Notes: generated by a model not told the origin, from the letters alone. Shown: positions 41,011 to 55,374, numbered from the stretch's first letter. The stretch: 64,000 bases of DNA from Octopus vulgaris (GCA_951406725.2 OX597815.1:145948001-146012000); one strand, 5' to 3'. Translations and numbers: made by a program.

Positions 41011-42949
41011 AATATATATTTCTGTGTATGTGTGTGTGTGTGTGCGTGCGTGCGTGTGTGTGTGTGTATGTGTGTTTGGAAGTGTATGTTATGTAAGCAG
41101 ACACACACTTAAATATATAGATGTATATATATGCATATAAATATATATGTATATACATGTGTGCAAGTATGTGTGCGTTTATGTAATATATGTATGTGTA
41201 CGTCTATCTACATGGAAGTATGTGTACATCTTTCATCAATATTTATTGACGAAGGTCATAAACGCTGGCAAGAAAACCGAAAGCATGTATTTTACTTCAC
41301 GAACGTTAGGAGTCTCTTGGGGTTTTAGTCATTCCCTTCTAAATATCGGCGTCAGAAATATAGTCAGAAATGCAGTGAACCAGTGATTGTCTTTGTCAGA
41401 AATCAATAACCAGCTCCTCTACTGTCCACTCAAAGTGATATAAAATGAAAATAAAAATGTTGGAGCGCTATGTGATCTAAGGTAGTATAGAATGAGGTCT
41501 CGTATCTTGAGACAGAACGTAGCAGTTTGAACTCGTTCAGTGATACCTTATCGTTCCCTAAGAAATATAATTACTTATGAAAGAAACACTGTGTAATGCT
41601 ATAATGTATTGGACAAAGCAAGTAGTGGAAATAGAAATTATCAGAAGCGCTTCAGTAGTTATGTATCAATGACCTATAATAATATAATATATACGCCATC
41701 GATTGAAAGACACATTTCAACGATCTTCGGAATGAAATATTAACACTTTCTGTGAAATGATACATTTGACGTGTTTCCACGTGACTCCAGACAGGTAGAC
41801 ATATTACAAACTTTAGCAAACTGATGCCATTAGTCATCTCTCTGTATCTTCTATCAATACTTCAAAGCAACTTTCTCCACTGATCTTAACCATCAATCTA
41901 CAGGATTCGCACAATTTCACTCGATGCATCTCTTCCTCTCACCATTCTTAATGAATCGCATCATTAAGCCCCATGTAGTTGATGTCGTTGTTGTCATTTA
42001 ACCACAGATCAGCTCCGTTGGAGCAGACCTCTGATCAAAAGCTTTCCCAGAATTCATCATCCCGTTTGATTGTATATGATATGTATCTTGGATAACACTG
42101 TCCAATGTGTCTTTCATGATTTAAAACAGAAGGATAGAATTTGAAGAGATTTTGCTCCTGTTTCAAGTAAGCTACACCTAAAGGGCTCATTTATGCTCTA
42201 GATTATACCCCATCTTAAAAAATTTCCCGATTTTTTACTAGTCAGAAGCGCACGCGTCTCTAACACCTGTCACCACGTATTTCATTTTAGATATTACTAA
42301 AAGTACAAAAACCTCAACAATGTTGACTTCAAGTTTTGACACACGGCTAGCAAGTTCGGGGGTGGAGGTAAGGCGATTACATCGACCCCAGTGATCAACT
42401 GGTAGTTATTAACAACCTCGGCAATATTGCCATGGTTAAATATTTCCTTTGCTGCATTACCTCTTGCCGCGTGTATATTTAGACATTGATGTATTACATC
42501 CTGGTGTGACAGTTAAATATTCCTACTGAGATTATAACTTGAAGAGATGCGCCCTCACAAAGAACCAATCCAACCGTAAATAATGATGAACATACGATAG
42601 TTGGTCATCCCAGTAGGGAATTTATATAGAATGTAGCAGGTTTGTGTTTAAACTGACCTAGAAATAGGGAGTGTATTGGTTTGGTCAAATTGAAAACAGG
42701 AAGAGAGGAATGACAAAGAAAGAAAAAAAAGAAAAAAAGAGAGATAAGAGGAGGAGAGAAAGAAAGAATTAAAAGAGAAAGAAGAAAGAATATTAGTAAA
42801 AAACAAAAATAAATAGGTATGAATAAAAATAATAAAGAAAAGAAAAAGGAAAAATTAAGATATATGTTGGTCAGTGGTCAGTGGAGGTAGTTTGAAAGTA
42901 GGAGTGGGGATAGAGAGAGAAAGGTATTATAGTATAAATGATAGAGGAA

Positions 42950-43595
42950 TACTATCCATATACCAGAAGCCAACCTTCACTGGACGATACCTCAGCATCA
43001 ATTCTCACCAACCATACGTTGTAAAGAGAGGGATTGCTCAGTTCCTAAAAGATCGAGCAAAGAATATAAGTAGCGATCCTGATACACACCACGAAGTAAC
43101 AATCTATTAAGGAACAACTACCCCCAAAACATACTAACCACTCCAATTATGAAGAGAAGAGAGGATGAAACCCATAATCTAACCACAGTTTGTCTATCCT
43201 ATGTGAGAGGCTTCTCCAAAAAGATACAAAAGATATGCAACCCATATGACATCAGGGCAGTATTCAAGAGTAGTAGAACACTTCGCAAATATCTCCGAGT
43301 AAAACCATCAATAGAAGAGAATATGACCAAAGACTGCGTGTACTCCATCCTATGCAGCTGTGCTAGGTTATACAAACGCAAAACATGCTGCCCCCTCCAA
43401 ATAAGGGTAGACGAACATCGCATATTGATAAATCAGTTATAGCTGATCATGTATGGAAAAATGGAAACCACCTGCCCCTGTGGGATGAAGTTAAAATAAT
43501 AGACAGAAAACACCACAGGAAAATACGAAAACTAAAAAAAGAAGCATATATGCTAGGACACAACAACCTCCTAAGCAGACCGTCAAATGTAAATA
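42950..43595 (+). mobile_element. Penelope-like element ORF fossil: RT thumb plus GIY-YIG endonuclease, frameshifted
   Basis: IYQKPTFTGRYLSINSHQP..KRGI..DRA, LRNNYP, LSYVRGFSKKIQKI, CVYSILCSCARLY..TCCPLQIRVDEH, KSVIADHVW..HLPLWDEVKII...EA; this motif order is typical of Penelope/Poseidon PLEs. Confidence 0.85.
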
Positions 43596-43689
43596 ACATA
43601 CATATATATACATACATATACATACAAACATACAAACATATATATGTATGTATATATATATATATATATAATGTCTTTCATTTTTATTT

Positions 43690-43983
43690 TCCTTTTTCAT
43701 TCATTTGATTGCGGTCATGATGGGCTTTGAAGAATTTTAGTCTAGCTAATTGACCGCACTACTTACACTTATTAAGCTTTGTTCTTATTCTATGGGCTCT
43801 TTTTGTCGAACATAAACATATCAACGGGGACATAAGTATACCAACACCTGTTGTCAAGCGGTAGTCGAGGAGAAACACACACATAGACATACATGCATAC
43901 ATACACACACAGGCACACACACACGCCAGCATCGGTTGTCAAACGATGTTGGGGGTGACAAACACAGACACACAAACAAACAC

Positions 43984-44074
<91 letters not shown>

Positions 44075-44234
44075 CATATATACGGCGAACTTCTGTTCAG
44101 TCTCCATCAACCAAAGGTTTGGTCGGCCCGAGATTATAGTAGAAGACAATTGCCCAAGGTACCACGCAGTAGGATTGAATCCGGAACCAAGTGGTTGGTA
44201 AGCAAGCTACTTACCATACAGCCACTCCTACGCC
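43690..44234 (-). mobile_element. SINE family S2 with internal tandem duplication of the middle segment
   Basis: Head at 44234; segment ccagcatcggttgtcaa..cg..g plus (CA)n present twice (~43840 and ~43926). Confidence 0.82.
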
Positions 44235-44356
44235 TCGTATTTATTTATATATTTTTATTAAAGTACTTTATGGAAAACTCAGCACCTAACAGCTGTTTCA
44301 ATGCACAAAACAATTGTGATTTGTAATTAAAGCATGTTCCTTCCATTTTCTTGTTT

Positions 44357-44399
<43 letters not shown>

Positions 44400-44470
44400 A
44401 TTCGAGACAAAACCACTATTTTAAAACCAAACAAGGAAAGACTTAATCAATATATATATATATATATATT

Positions 44471-45376
44471 GATGACACAAAGGTAGCACAGGCAATCAAA
44501 AACCCAGCTGATGCTGACCTTTTACAACAAGATCTGGATGCCATATACAAATGGGCTGAAGACAACAACATGCAATTTAATGCTGGTAAATTTCAAGCCT
44601 TACAATATCAAGCTGTAAACACATATACATTACAACACAACTATACTGGTCCAGGAGGGATCGAAATCCCAGTATCGAAATCAATACGGGACCTGGGGAT
44701 AGACATGAGTGACGATGCATCTTTTTCTTCACACATCGCGAAGGTGGCGACAATGTGCAGACGACTCACTGGCTGGATCCTGAGGACATTCCGGACAAGA
44801 GACTGCGAGACCATGTTGACACTATGGAGGACATTTGTCCTAAGCCGCCTGGACTACTGCTCCCAACTGTGGTCACCGCATAGTGTCAAACTAACCACAG
44901 AGCTTGAGACAATCCAAAGACATTTCACCAAGAGGATTTCCACCATGAAAGAAAAGAACTATTGGGAGAGGCTTAGGGAACTCAATTTGTACTCCTTGGA
45001 ACGAAGACGAGAGAGATATGCAGTGATATACATATGGAAAATCCTGGAGGGACTAGCACCAAATTTTGGAATTGAGAGCTGTTCCAATCCCCGTACAGGA
45101 CGTCACTGTGTGGTGCCAAAGGTCCCGTCTTCCACATCCAGGGTAAGGAGCAGATACTGTAATAGCCTGGGGTTCAGGGGCCCTCAGCTGTTCAACAAAC
45201 TGCCAAGAAAACTAAGAGATCTACATGATGCGGATGTGGACATTTTCAAAAAACATCTAGACAAGCTGCTTTCCGGGATCCCAGATGAACCCACTGCAAG
45301 GTACGAAGGTAACCTAAGGGCAGCAGCTACAAACTCTCTCTTAGATCAGTGGCCAGCCACGGCAAACTGGACTTAG
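44471..45376 (+). CDS. C-terminal part of CR1-clade non-LTR retrotransposon ORF2 (reverse transcriptase), 5'-truncated, uninterrupted frame
   Basis: Frame opens at DDTKVAQAIK..LQQDLDAIYKWAEDNNMQFNAGKF (catalytic DD), then RDLG, RLDYCSQLWSP, LETIQRHFTK, YWERLRELNLYSLERRRER; stop at 45376. Not a full gene, upstream is (TA)n. Confidence 0.9.
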   Translation, partial: DDTKVAQAIKNPADADLLQQDLDAIYKWAEDNNMQFNAGKFQALQYQAVNTYTLQHNYTGPGGIEIPVSKSIRDLGIDMSDDASFSSHIAKVATMCRRLTGWILRTFRTRDCETMLTLWRTFVLSRLDYCSQLWSPHSVKLTTELETIQRHFTKRISTMKEKNYWERLRELNLYSLERRRERYAVIYIWKILEGLAPNFGIESCSNPRTGRHCVVPKVPSSTSRVRSRYCNSLGFRGPQLFNKLPRKLRDLHDADVDIFKKHLDKLLSGIPDEPTARYEGNLRAAATNSLLDQWPATANWT

Positions 45377-45452
45377 AGAGGGTAGCAACAAGGGCGGTGC
45401 CCCAGCATGGCCTCAGCCGGATGACTGAAACAAGTAAAAGAGTAAAAGAGTA
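44471..45452 (+). mobile_element. 5'-truncated CR1-clade LINE inserted in (TA)n
   Basis: RT ORF plus 3' UTR ggcggtgccccagcatggcctcagccggatgactgaaacaagtaaaagagtaaaagagta; (TA)n on both sides. Confidence 0.92.
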
Positions 45453-45453
45453 A

Positions 45454-45487
<34 letters not shown>

Positions 45488-45519
45488 AGTGTGTGTTTGT
45501 GTATATATATATTCATGCA

Positions 45520-45604
<85 letters not shown>

Positions 45605-45621
45605 CTCTAACTATCTATCTA

Positions 45622-45654
<33 letters not shown>

Positions 45655-45969
45655 TGCATATCTATATATGAAAGTTCAGTTTTGGGTATTATGTCTTGTG
45701 AAGTATAAATATTTATAATTCTATGCATATTTGATGTAGCCAAATTTAAAACTTGACTTGGATCTGCTATATATGCGTAAAATATTGGACTAGTAGTATA
45801 ACTAAACAGATGTTATTTTCCTGTGTCTCAATTAGATTCAGCTCATTACGTCTCTATTACATTTTGTTAAATGGCATAGCAATATTAAAGCAATAACGTA
45901 TGAGTGTGTGTGTGCGTATATGTGTATGCATGTATTTAGATATTTTCCTAACATATTTGAAATCTACAT

Positions 45970-46048
<79 letters not shown>

Positions 46049-46310
46049 CATGCATGTGTGAGCTTTTGTGTATAAGATGTGTGAGCATGGATATATCCAT
46101 GAATGTGCGCATGCATAACATGTATGTAAATAAGTAAAGCTATTTAGCCATAGTCAATTTGGAATACGTAGAAATAACGACTTTTATCCTACTTTAAAAC
46201 TACAGAGATATTAATACAGAAGAGAAATGTACCTTTTAGACATTTCCTACATTTCATTACATTTGCACTCACACACGCAAACACATCGGTACAATGAATA
46301 TATATATATG

Positions 46311-46378
<68 letters not shown>

Positions 46379-46450
46379 CACACGTGCATCTCTTCCCTCT
46401 AGCTCTGTATACATATATGCATATATATATATACATACCTACATACATAC

Positions 46451-46507
<57 letters not shown>

Positions 46508-46657
46508 TCATAATTGCTTTTATATTTAATCAAAATGCAAATGTGCTATATTGATTGTCGACATAATTTCTGCCAGACGAATATATCCGGCGCTATTATA
46601 TATTTTTTTTTATTCTTACTTTCCATTCTTCGTTGGAAAAATAACAACAGCAATAAC

Positions 46658-46722
<65 letters not shown>

Positions 46723-46955
46723 TGATGATGATGATGATTATAATAGTAATAATAAATCGTTCCCCAATTATGAATAAATATTCTGTTTCGAAAATGTTAA
46801 TTGTCTAGTCCGATTATTTGGTATGTAGACTCTAATTACTTGAAGGGAAAAAAAGTGCTCGGCAATAGTTCACCACGAAATTGTCTACCTACACGTTTTG
46901 TATGCATGTACACACACACACACACTTTTGTGTGTGTCTCTCGCGTTCTTTATAA

Positions 46956-46999
<44 letters not shown>

Positions 47000-48329
47000 C
47001 TGCTGATACGACAATATATCCATTAATTTACGCTGAATTCATGCTTCCTTTTTACTATTAAATGTGAAGAAAGTAATCTTTTTAATGACTATGGAATTAA
47101 TAATTACGATGGTATGTTTTATGAGCTTTGTATAATAGAAACATATTTAGGCAAGGCGATGTGAAATTTTATTTTCTTCATGCTTATAACGACATTAAGA
47201 AAGTCACGAATATAATTACCTATCTTCTATTTCAATTCAAGCGAAAAATGAATAGAACGAGAACAATGAGGTCTACATTAAGAACAAGAAGAATATAGCC
47301 AATTGTAGTTTTCTAATATGGATGCAATGGCAGGGTTACAATCAGTAGATTTCATCTCGACCAGCACATTACTGTTACTTTGGAAGGTCGAATTGCTAAG
47401 TTGACTGCGGCGTTCCATGCCTTTGAAAGCATTTTGTCACGATTCTGCTTATTCATCAACCCGTCAACAATACTAATCAAAACAGCAAAATCGACAAGAT
47501 TAAGATCTATTCTATAAACATAGGATGGTGTGTATGAAGGATAATGTATAAAACAGCCGAGTGTGTGCAATCAGACGATGCTGTTTCACTGTTTTGCGTT
47601 ACCCTTTATAAGAAAAATAATACCGTTTTTTTTTTACACGGAGAGTGTTAGACGGTTTATAGGGGAGATTAAATCGAACACAGTATGTGATTATATACAA
47701 AATTTATCGTCATTGTAAAATTGACAGGCAAAATCTATCGTGGTAAAAAATTGGAATGCGATAGGCAAAATGATATAACGACATATTACAGTAATAGCTT
47801 TATATTTGATTCTATGCCGACACTTGCTCCAGTAATAACGACGTCGACAACAACGACGGGAATATCAGTAGCAGAATAAACAGTAGCTGCAACAACTACA
47901 TCGGTAACAACAACAACAATGACAGCAGCACCAACAACAACATCCATAAGCACAAAATAACACCGACGAAAACAACAACAAAAATAACGCAGACAGCTAC
48001 AACAACATCAACAACAACGGCAACAAAAACAGGGGAAACAAAACCAACAAGGACAAAGCTGCTACTACAACAACAACAACAACCACAGCATGGAGTAGCA
48101 ACTGCAACAATAACGTAACAACAAAAACATCAAAGCCAGCAGCAGTAGCAACAGCAGCAGCAACTACAACAAAAAATTCTTTGATGAAAACAAAACTTGA
48201 AATGGTAGAAAAGGCTGCAAGTTTGTAAGAAAGAGTTAATATGATTAGCCGAACATATAACGGCTCTTATGAATTATGGACAAAAATAAACACAATTTAT
48301 TGCCCTAAGGTATTCTTTAAGACAACCAC

Positions 48330-48620
48330 GTGCGTTATATTGATAATGCTAGTCACAGGAGATGGTCGATTCCAAAATTGTATTACCCACCGAGAGGCCA
48401 ATTGTTACAAATGTAATTCTAGTTGTGATGGAATCATATGGTCAGAGTCTGGTTATATGTTTCTGCAGTTACTTGCAAAATTATTCGATGCTGGTTACAT
48501 ATGGAACAATTAGATTTCAGAACCGCTCTGCAGGGAGTTTCCAACTTCGAAATTTATTGGATATTGTCTAGAATTCCAGCCCTTTCGGTTATATACCATA
48601 ACAGCGATCTGTCAAACTAT
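48330..48620 (+). pseudogene. Possible L1/Tx1-type AP-endonuclease fossil
   Basis: VILVVMESYGQSLVI..MLVTYGT..RSAGSFQL loosely resembles GRxxVxD..RLVxVYAP..RxxFF; weak. Confidence 0.25.
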
Positions 48621-48779
48621 GGTATGGTTTCCAGCTAGTTTGTCTTTTGCAAATTCAATTAAGTGAATACCAAAGCGAAGAGGGACGGCAACTCATCAGG
48701 AAAGATCCTTCCCACAAATAGCTGCCGTGTTTTGTTTTACTAAAACATAAATTAGTAGGACTGAGAGAGTTGCAATCTT

Positions 48780-49040
48780 TTATCGTTTCTTATTTACATG
48801 TTTCAGTCACTGGAAAGCTGCCATGTTGTGGCACGGATTCGAAGAGTTTTAGGCGACAAAATCAAACCAAGTACTTAATTTATTTCTAGTCAGGTAATTA
48901 TTTTATCATTTCTTTTGTCGAACCGCTAAATTGTGGGGAAATAAACAGTCACAAGGCATTGATCGGCCCGATGCAATGTTGGAAGGCATTTACCCCCAGG
49001 TGCCAGAATCACATGGTTGCAAAATGAACTGCGCCTTCCA
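48780..49040 (-). mobile_element. SINE family S2, old degenerate copy
   Basis: tttacatgtttcagtcactgg..gccatgttg..cttttgtcgaaccgctaa..acaaggcattgatcggcccga. Confidence 0.65.
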
Positions 49041-49200
49041 CACAAAGAATCCATAAATCACTCGATGGATTTTCATATGAAATCATCTTTCTACCGTTTA
49101 TACATTTATCCTTATTTATTCGCTTCATTCTTCCGATTTATTAACGCACCGTCAAAGAGAGAAGTTTCAACAGTTTCATTGATTTCACTGTGAAAGAATG

Positions 49201-49328
<128 letters not shown>

Positions 49329-49415
49329 TAAACCTTTTAGGTAAAATACTTATATATCACAATATAAAATACCAATTATCTTCCTCTCTCGTATATATGT
49401 ATGTATAGGCGTGTG

Positions 49416-49470
<55 letters not shown>

Positions 49471-49509
49471 GCCTATAAATATATATATATATACACACAC
49501 ACACGCCTA

Positions 49510-49580
<71 letters not shown>

Positions 49581-49584
<4 letters not shown>

Positions 49585-50010
49585 TTCTTATGTCCGTCTC
49601 CTATGTTCCCGCCTTTAGGCTTTCACTTCATGCACGCCAGCTCAATTGGATTCGTTCTCAGTCGAAAGACACCTGTTGTTATTTTCTTGTTTGTATTCGT
49701 AACTGTGTACCATGTTTTCCGTTTTTTGCCTTTTTGTGTACCATATTCTCCGTTTTTTGTTTTTGTTGCCGTACACATTCGCTAGTTTTCTTCCAAACGG
49801 GTCTAATGCTCTTAGCTTAAACTTTTTGCGGGCAACCTGATCGAACCGTCTCAAGTGTAACTGCCCGAAACGGTCGTGACTTCTGTTACTTCACCGACGA
49901 AAGAGGGCTACGAATGACGCGTCTTCTTTTGCATGTCCTTCTAATTGTTGTTTCTCTTGTCTGGCTTTGTTTTGTTTATCTGTCCGAATGTTTTTTCTCC
50001 TCTGTTGCAA
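49581..50010 (+). mobile_element. TA-embedded non-coding insert, same family as 3082-3400
   Basis: Shared motifs; stem gggca..tgccc followed by gaaac; (TA)n on both sides. Confidence 0.55.
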
Positions 50011-50194
50011 TTTTATTATATATATATATATATATATATGTATATAATCACTGTATCACGGGATCTACCAAACTATCACAAGTTGTTATACATCGCTCGC
50101 CGTAATTCACTTCGAAAATCCCTTTCTGCATGTTAGGCGAGCAGGCCAACATTCACTGCTGTTCGAAAAGCTATTTCGTCACATGGTTATCACA

Positions 50195-50300
50195 TTACAG
50201 ATGAGTGGACTGGAGCAACACAACGCGCCGCTTGATCTGGGATTCGAAACCACAATCTAGAGATCGTGAGTGAATCACACTAACCACTAGGCAGCATGCC
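50195..50300 (-). mobile_element. SINE family S1, head fragment
   Basis: Minus strand ggcatgctgcctagtggttagtg..gtttcgaatccc..gcgcgttgtg..ttgctccagtccactca. Confidence 0.7.
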
Positions 50301-50604
50301 TTTACATAAACACACGCACGTACACAATCACATACATACACACACATACACATGAGCGCACAAACACACATTGATGTATGTATGTATGTATGTATGTATG
50401 TATGTATGTATGTATGTATACATGTATGTATGTATCTATCTATCTATAAACATACATATTTTATATATATATATATACATAATCTGATATTAAATCCATA
50501 TTTATCAGGTCATATTGGAAATAAATCACATCTTAAGAGATTAAGTTAGTGGCCCGTTCGAAGTACATCAGAAACAGAAAGACAGAGAAAGAGAAAGAGA
50601 GAGG

Positions 50605-50668
<64 letters not shown>

Positions 50669-52439
50669 GAGAAAGATAGAGAGAGAGAGATACGCAGGTA
50701 AACATGCGTTAGCTTTAACATGCCGTTCCTAGTTTGGGAGTGTCTTTATACATACACACTTTATGGTTTTCAACAAAAATCTGAAAGAATAATGCGACTT
50801 GCACGGAGAAACGTTAACGCGACTGACAAAATGCTGAGCCGCATTTATTTCGGGCTTTTTACATAGAAAATTTCGCCGAGTTAGACTTTACCTTTCCTCC
50901 TTCCTGGTTCGATACAATAAGTACCAGGTGACCAAAAGGCCGATAAATTGCTGGCCTTGTGACAATAGTAGAGAGAAAGTACTATTATAATATTTGTTAG
51001 CATCTTCATCGGTATAAATAGTAGTAGTAGTAGTAGTAGTAATAATAGTAGTACTTGCAACAACAGGACCAGTACTAGTGATAGTATTAGTAGTAGTGAT
51101 TGTTGTAGCAGTTGTCATAATAGGAGTTTAAAGATGAATAGAAGCTCACAACAAATATGATGTCACGTGATTAGCATTATATTATGAATTATTTTATAAA
51201 TTTTTACTAATATTTTCGTGTATCTAAATTAGCATCAGAAGTAATCCGACGTTCTAATTGACGTCTTTTAAAACCTCAATGAAAATGATTTCAACGTGAG
51301 TGAATGTCGTCAGTCCGCCGTGAGAGATTTCTTATATCGCTAAGCGATGTATCATAAAATAATATTTTGATAATTCATCATTGAAACATCTTTTTTTCCC
51401 GTTTTTAAGAACGAACGAAAGAGCGACAGCTTGGCGGTAATTTCCGAATCCAAATTGAGTTCTATCATTTTCAGATATCACATGACAGCTGGAGGTAATG
51501 TTTTTTTTCTTCCTATTCTCTATCGAATGTATTATTTGAAAAGGAAAGCTTTTCATTAAAATATAATAAAAAAAACGCGTGGGCACACACACATACACCA
51601 GCATATATATATATATATATATATATGTACGTATGTATGCATGTATATATATACATACATAGACACATACATACACCTGCATACATATGTATGTATGTAT
51701 GCATATATATATATGTATATATATGTGTATGTATACACACACATATATACATATAACTAAATACATACATATGTAAATGCATGTTTGTGAATACACACAT
51801 ACATACATATGTAAATGCATGTTTGTGAATACACACATACATGCATAGTGTATGCATGCGTACATACATACATACATACATCACTGGAACTGTAAAATTC
51901 TGTAAAACTTACCAAAAGTTTATCATTTAAATATATATGAACATGTTTAAATATGTATAAGAGTACATGCATGAAACAAACAAATCTGCACATACATACA
52001 TACATACATACATACATACATACATACATACATACATACATACATACATACATACATACATACATGCATACAAACATACATACATACATACATACATACA
52101 TACATACATACATACATACATACATACAAACATACATACATACATACAAACAAAAACACACTGTTGTTGATGTTGAAATTCCAATGAAGTAACTTTTAAT
52201 GTATGTTAGAAACCAGTGTTTTCTCTATGTGCAAGAAATCCTGAAATAAGCTAAATAATGATATACACACATACATGCATACATGCATGCTTACAGACAT
52301 TTGTATATACGCAAACACTTACATACGTGCATACATACATAAATACTTTCAAACATACATCTATACATATATGTATGCATGCATAAATCCATCCATCCAT
52401 CCATACATACATACATACATCCATACATTCATGGGTGAT

Positions 52440-53050
52440 AGAAACAGTAAATACTGCCAAAGTACCAGCTGCTGTAGTGAATACCATTGAAAGATTGATT
52501 GCAACATGGTCCACATAGTAATCGCTGACAACTACTAAAGCAACATCCATCGTTGTAAAAACAATTAAGCTATCAACAGACATATTTCAGGGTGATAGTT
52601 TATCTGTAAAGTTGTTTGTACTGGCAGTGAATCCCTTGTCAGCCTTGTTAACAAAATGCCCAGGCTGCTTGCTGAGATATGCAGAAAAGAATAGAGTTAA
52701 TATCCCCTACATATTTTTGTTGATGACCCAATGTTATATTCAGGTAATATGATCAACATCAAGAGACAATTAGAACTAGTCACAGCATTCTCACGAGATA
52801 TAAGAATTGATTTGGGGGAAAATCAATGCTCGTACTTGATAGTCAACTGAGGAACGATTGTCGACCAGGCAGACAACATGTACATCAATGCCATGTCTAT
52901 ATCCCCTATCTCTAATGGTGAAAGCTACAAAGATGTCTGATAGCTTACTATATTCTATATAAAATATTGATTGAAGGATTTTCTCTTCAAAATTTAACAT
53001 ATCAAACCGATGTATCTTGGATAAATATCCGTATAAGAGATTTGAAAATC
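52440..53050 (+). mobile_element. R4/Dong-like (restriction-like-endonuclease clade) non-LTR RT fossil
   Basis: From 52582: IFQGDSLSVKLFVLAVNPLS; downstream ..VDDPMLYSG, LELVTAFSRDI..FG, GESYK; stops and frameshifts. Confidence 0.75.
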
Positions 53051-53072
53051 CTCATTGTGCCTATATATATAC

Positions 53073-53074
<2 letters not shown>

Positions 53075-53161
<87 letters not shown>

Positions 53162-53255
53162 TCACCCCCACCATCGCTTGACAACCGGTGCTCGAGCATG
53201 GCCGCAGTCAAAATGACTGAAAGAAGTAAAACAGTAAAACGAGTAAAAAGAGAGT
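53075..53255 (+). mobile_element. SINE family S2 3' part, internally deleted
   Basis: ccaccatcgcttgacaaccg joined directly to gtgctcgagcatggccgcagtcaaaatgactgaaagaagtaaaa. Confidence 0.75.
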
Positions 53256-53319
53256 ATGTACGCGTACATACACTCTTATACATACCTGCATAAATGTTTG
53301 TATATATATAATTAATATA

Positions 53320-53745
53320 TTGGCAGCGATTTCGGGGAATTGGGTAAGTCGATTTTATTACACCCAGCGTTCAGCTGGTACTTTAATTTATCAATCGCGA
53401 GTGTTTGAACAGCAATGTCGACTCCGGTGGCATTTGAACTTAGAACGAATAATCGGAAGAAATGCTGTTAACCATTCTTATCCAGTGTGATAACGATTCT
53501 GCCAGCTCTCTGCCTTGTATAGTATTTACACATTGCTTTCATATTTTGGCACAAAGCCAGGAAGTTCAGGGAAATGGATAAGTCGATCGCATCGAACCCG
53601 GTGCTAGACTGATACTGTATTTATCGACCCTGAAAGCATCAGAAGCGTGGTCGACGTCGACGAAGTTTGAACTCAGTCTATAAAGGCAGACGAAATGCTG
53701 CTAAGCTTTTGCCGTGAAAACTATTCAGCCAGCTGGCTGCCTTAA
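53320..53745 (-). mobile_element. Two tandem degenerate SINE S3 copies
   Basis: taagtcgat..ctggtac..ttatcgaccctgaaag..gtcgac..tttgaact..gccagct repeated twice; other S3 fragments at ~18115, ~42330, ~50800, ~54710, ~62340. Confidence 0.7.
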
Positions 53746-53899
53746 ACAGAGTTGATATATTAGCACATTAAATAGTATATACGTAAAACTAGGACATGCA
53801 TACTTACATACACATATACATACATAGTTACACACACATATATCTACATGACACATACACACATGTGTGTATACACATATGCATGTATGTGCATATATA

Positions 53900-53930
<31 letters not shown>

Positions 53931-53932
53931 AT

Positions 53933-53999
<67 letters not shown>

Positions 54000-54097
54000 T
54001 ATATGATGGGGAAACACAAGGGAAAGAATGTAAGATAAATTTTAAGTATGTGAAAAAAAGATGAAAGAATCTCACTGGAAGATAGACAGATAAATAG

Positions 54098-54130
<33 letters not shown>

Positions 54131-54919
54131 TAGAGAGAGAGAGGGGGGAAAGAGGTGGGGAAAGAAGAAGAAAGAAAAACTGTATGTATAAGTGAGACAA
54201 AGAGTGCTGAGCAGATATTTTTGAACAAAACATAAACTTAGAAAATAAGACGTGGGAAAGAAGTATCATGGAATTGAAGAAAAAGAGACGGTAGTTTGAA
54301 ATGATGTCCGTAGGTAAGGAAAGATACTGAATAGGATAGAAAATGAGAAAGACGTCGCGGATAACCCGAGGGAAATGTTTTTCATATGGATAATATATGC
54401 AATATCTGTTATGTGCTGCTGTTGCTGGTTCTGTTTTTCTTTACATTGTACAGCTGAGAAAGAGCTGGTTGTCATACAAATGCTGCTGTTATACACAACC
54501 TATTGAGTTTATCGATCCAGATATTTTTACGTGTCGTAGGTCATGGAATAATAGGAAATGTATGTGGTGTGTAGGAATGGAAAAGAAAACTGTAAGTGAG
54601 CTACAGTTGCTTTGGTTGGGATATAAATCTATCGTAATCATAGCATTACTGGTAATAATGCAAACAGAGCAACACGAATGTTACTAATCATACTAATAAT
54701 ATTATTTCAGAATTAGTCATTAAGTAAGCAGTTTTGATGGGACTGGGTAAGAGTATTTCGTGGGTAAAGCGATTACGGAGACCCCAATCTTCAATTGATT
54801 CTTATTTTATCTAGTTTGAAAAAGGATGAAACATATTTTATCTCGGCGGAATTTGTACTTAAAACTGGGTGGTGGGTTTTGTAGAATTATATCAGAGTAC
54901 GAACGTTCCGATATGTTTT

Positions 54920-54974
54920 CATTTCATTTCATCTAGTTTTAGCTCACGAGCCGTGGCCATGCTGGGGCACCGCC
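54920..54974 (-). mobile_element. Isolated CR1 3' tail (28095-type)
   Basis: Minus strand ggcggtgccccagcatggccacggctcgtgagctaaaactagatgaaatgaaatg. Confidence 0.75.
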
Positions 54975-55374
54975 ATATGGTGATTGAGTTTCGAATGCCA
55001 GCAGATACCACTGTTGCAAAGCTTTTCACACTATACCTTTTGCCTTATATCTAAGAATATTTCAATATTTTGTACATATAGTGTCTGTAAATAGTGGCAT
55101 ATGTCGTAGTGGTTAACAACAAACAAGACGAGGACAATTATCCGTCAAATGTAAATAATGTAAATAACGTACATAATTCCTCATCTCTCAAATATAGAAC
55201 TGCAGAAAATAAAAGTTAGAAACTGAGAATTCTAATTCAACCAACCATGCTATCACTAGTACGACTCACATCTAAGTGTCAATAACTCCACTAAATGCAG
55301 GTAAGCCTCATAGTAGATTATAGATGGTGTAATTAATCATTGTAAATAGCAGTAGCAATAGCAGTAACTTCTAG

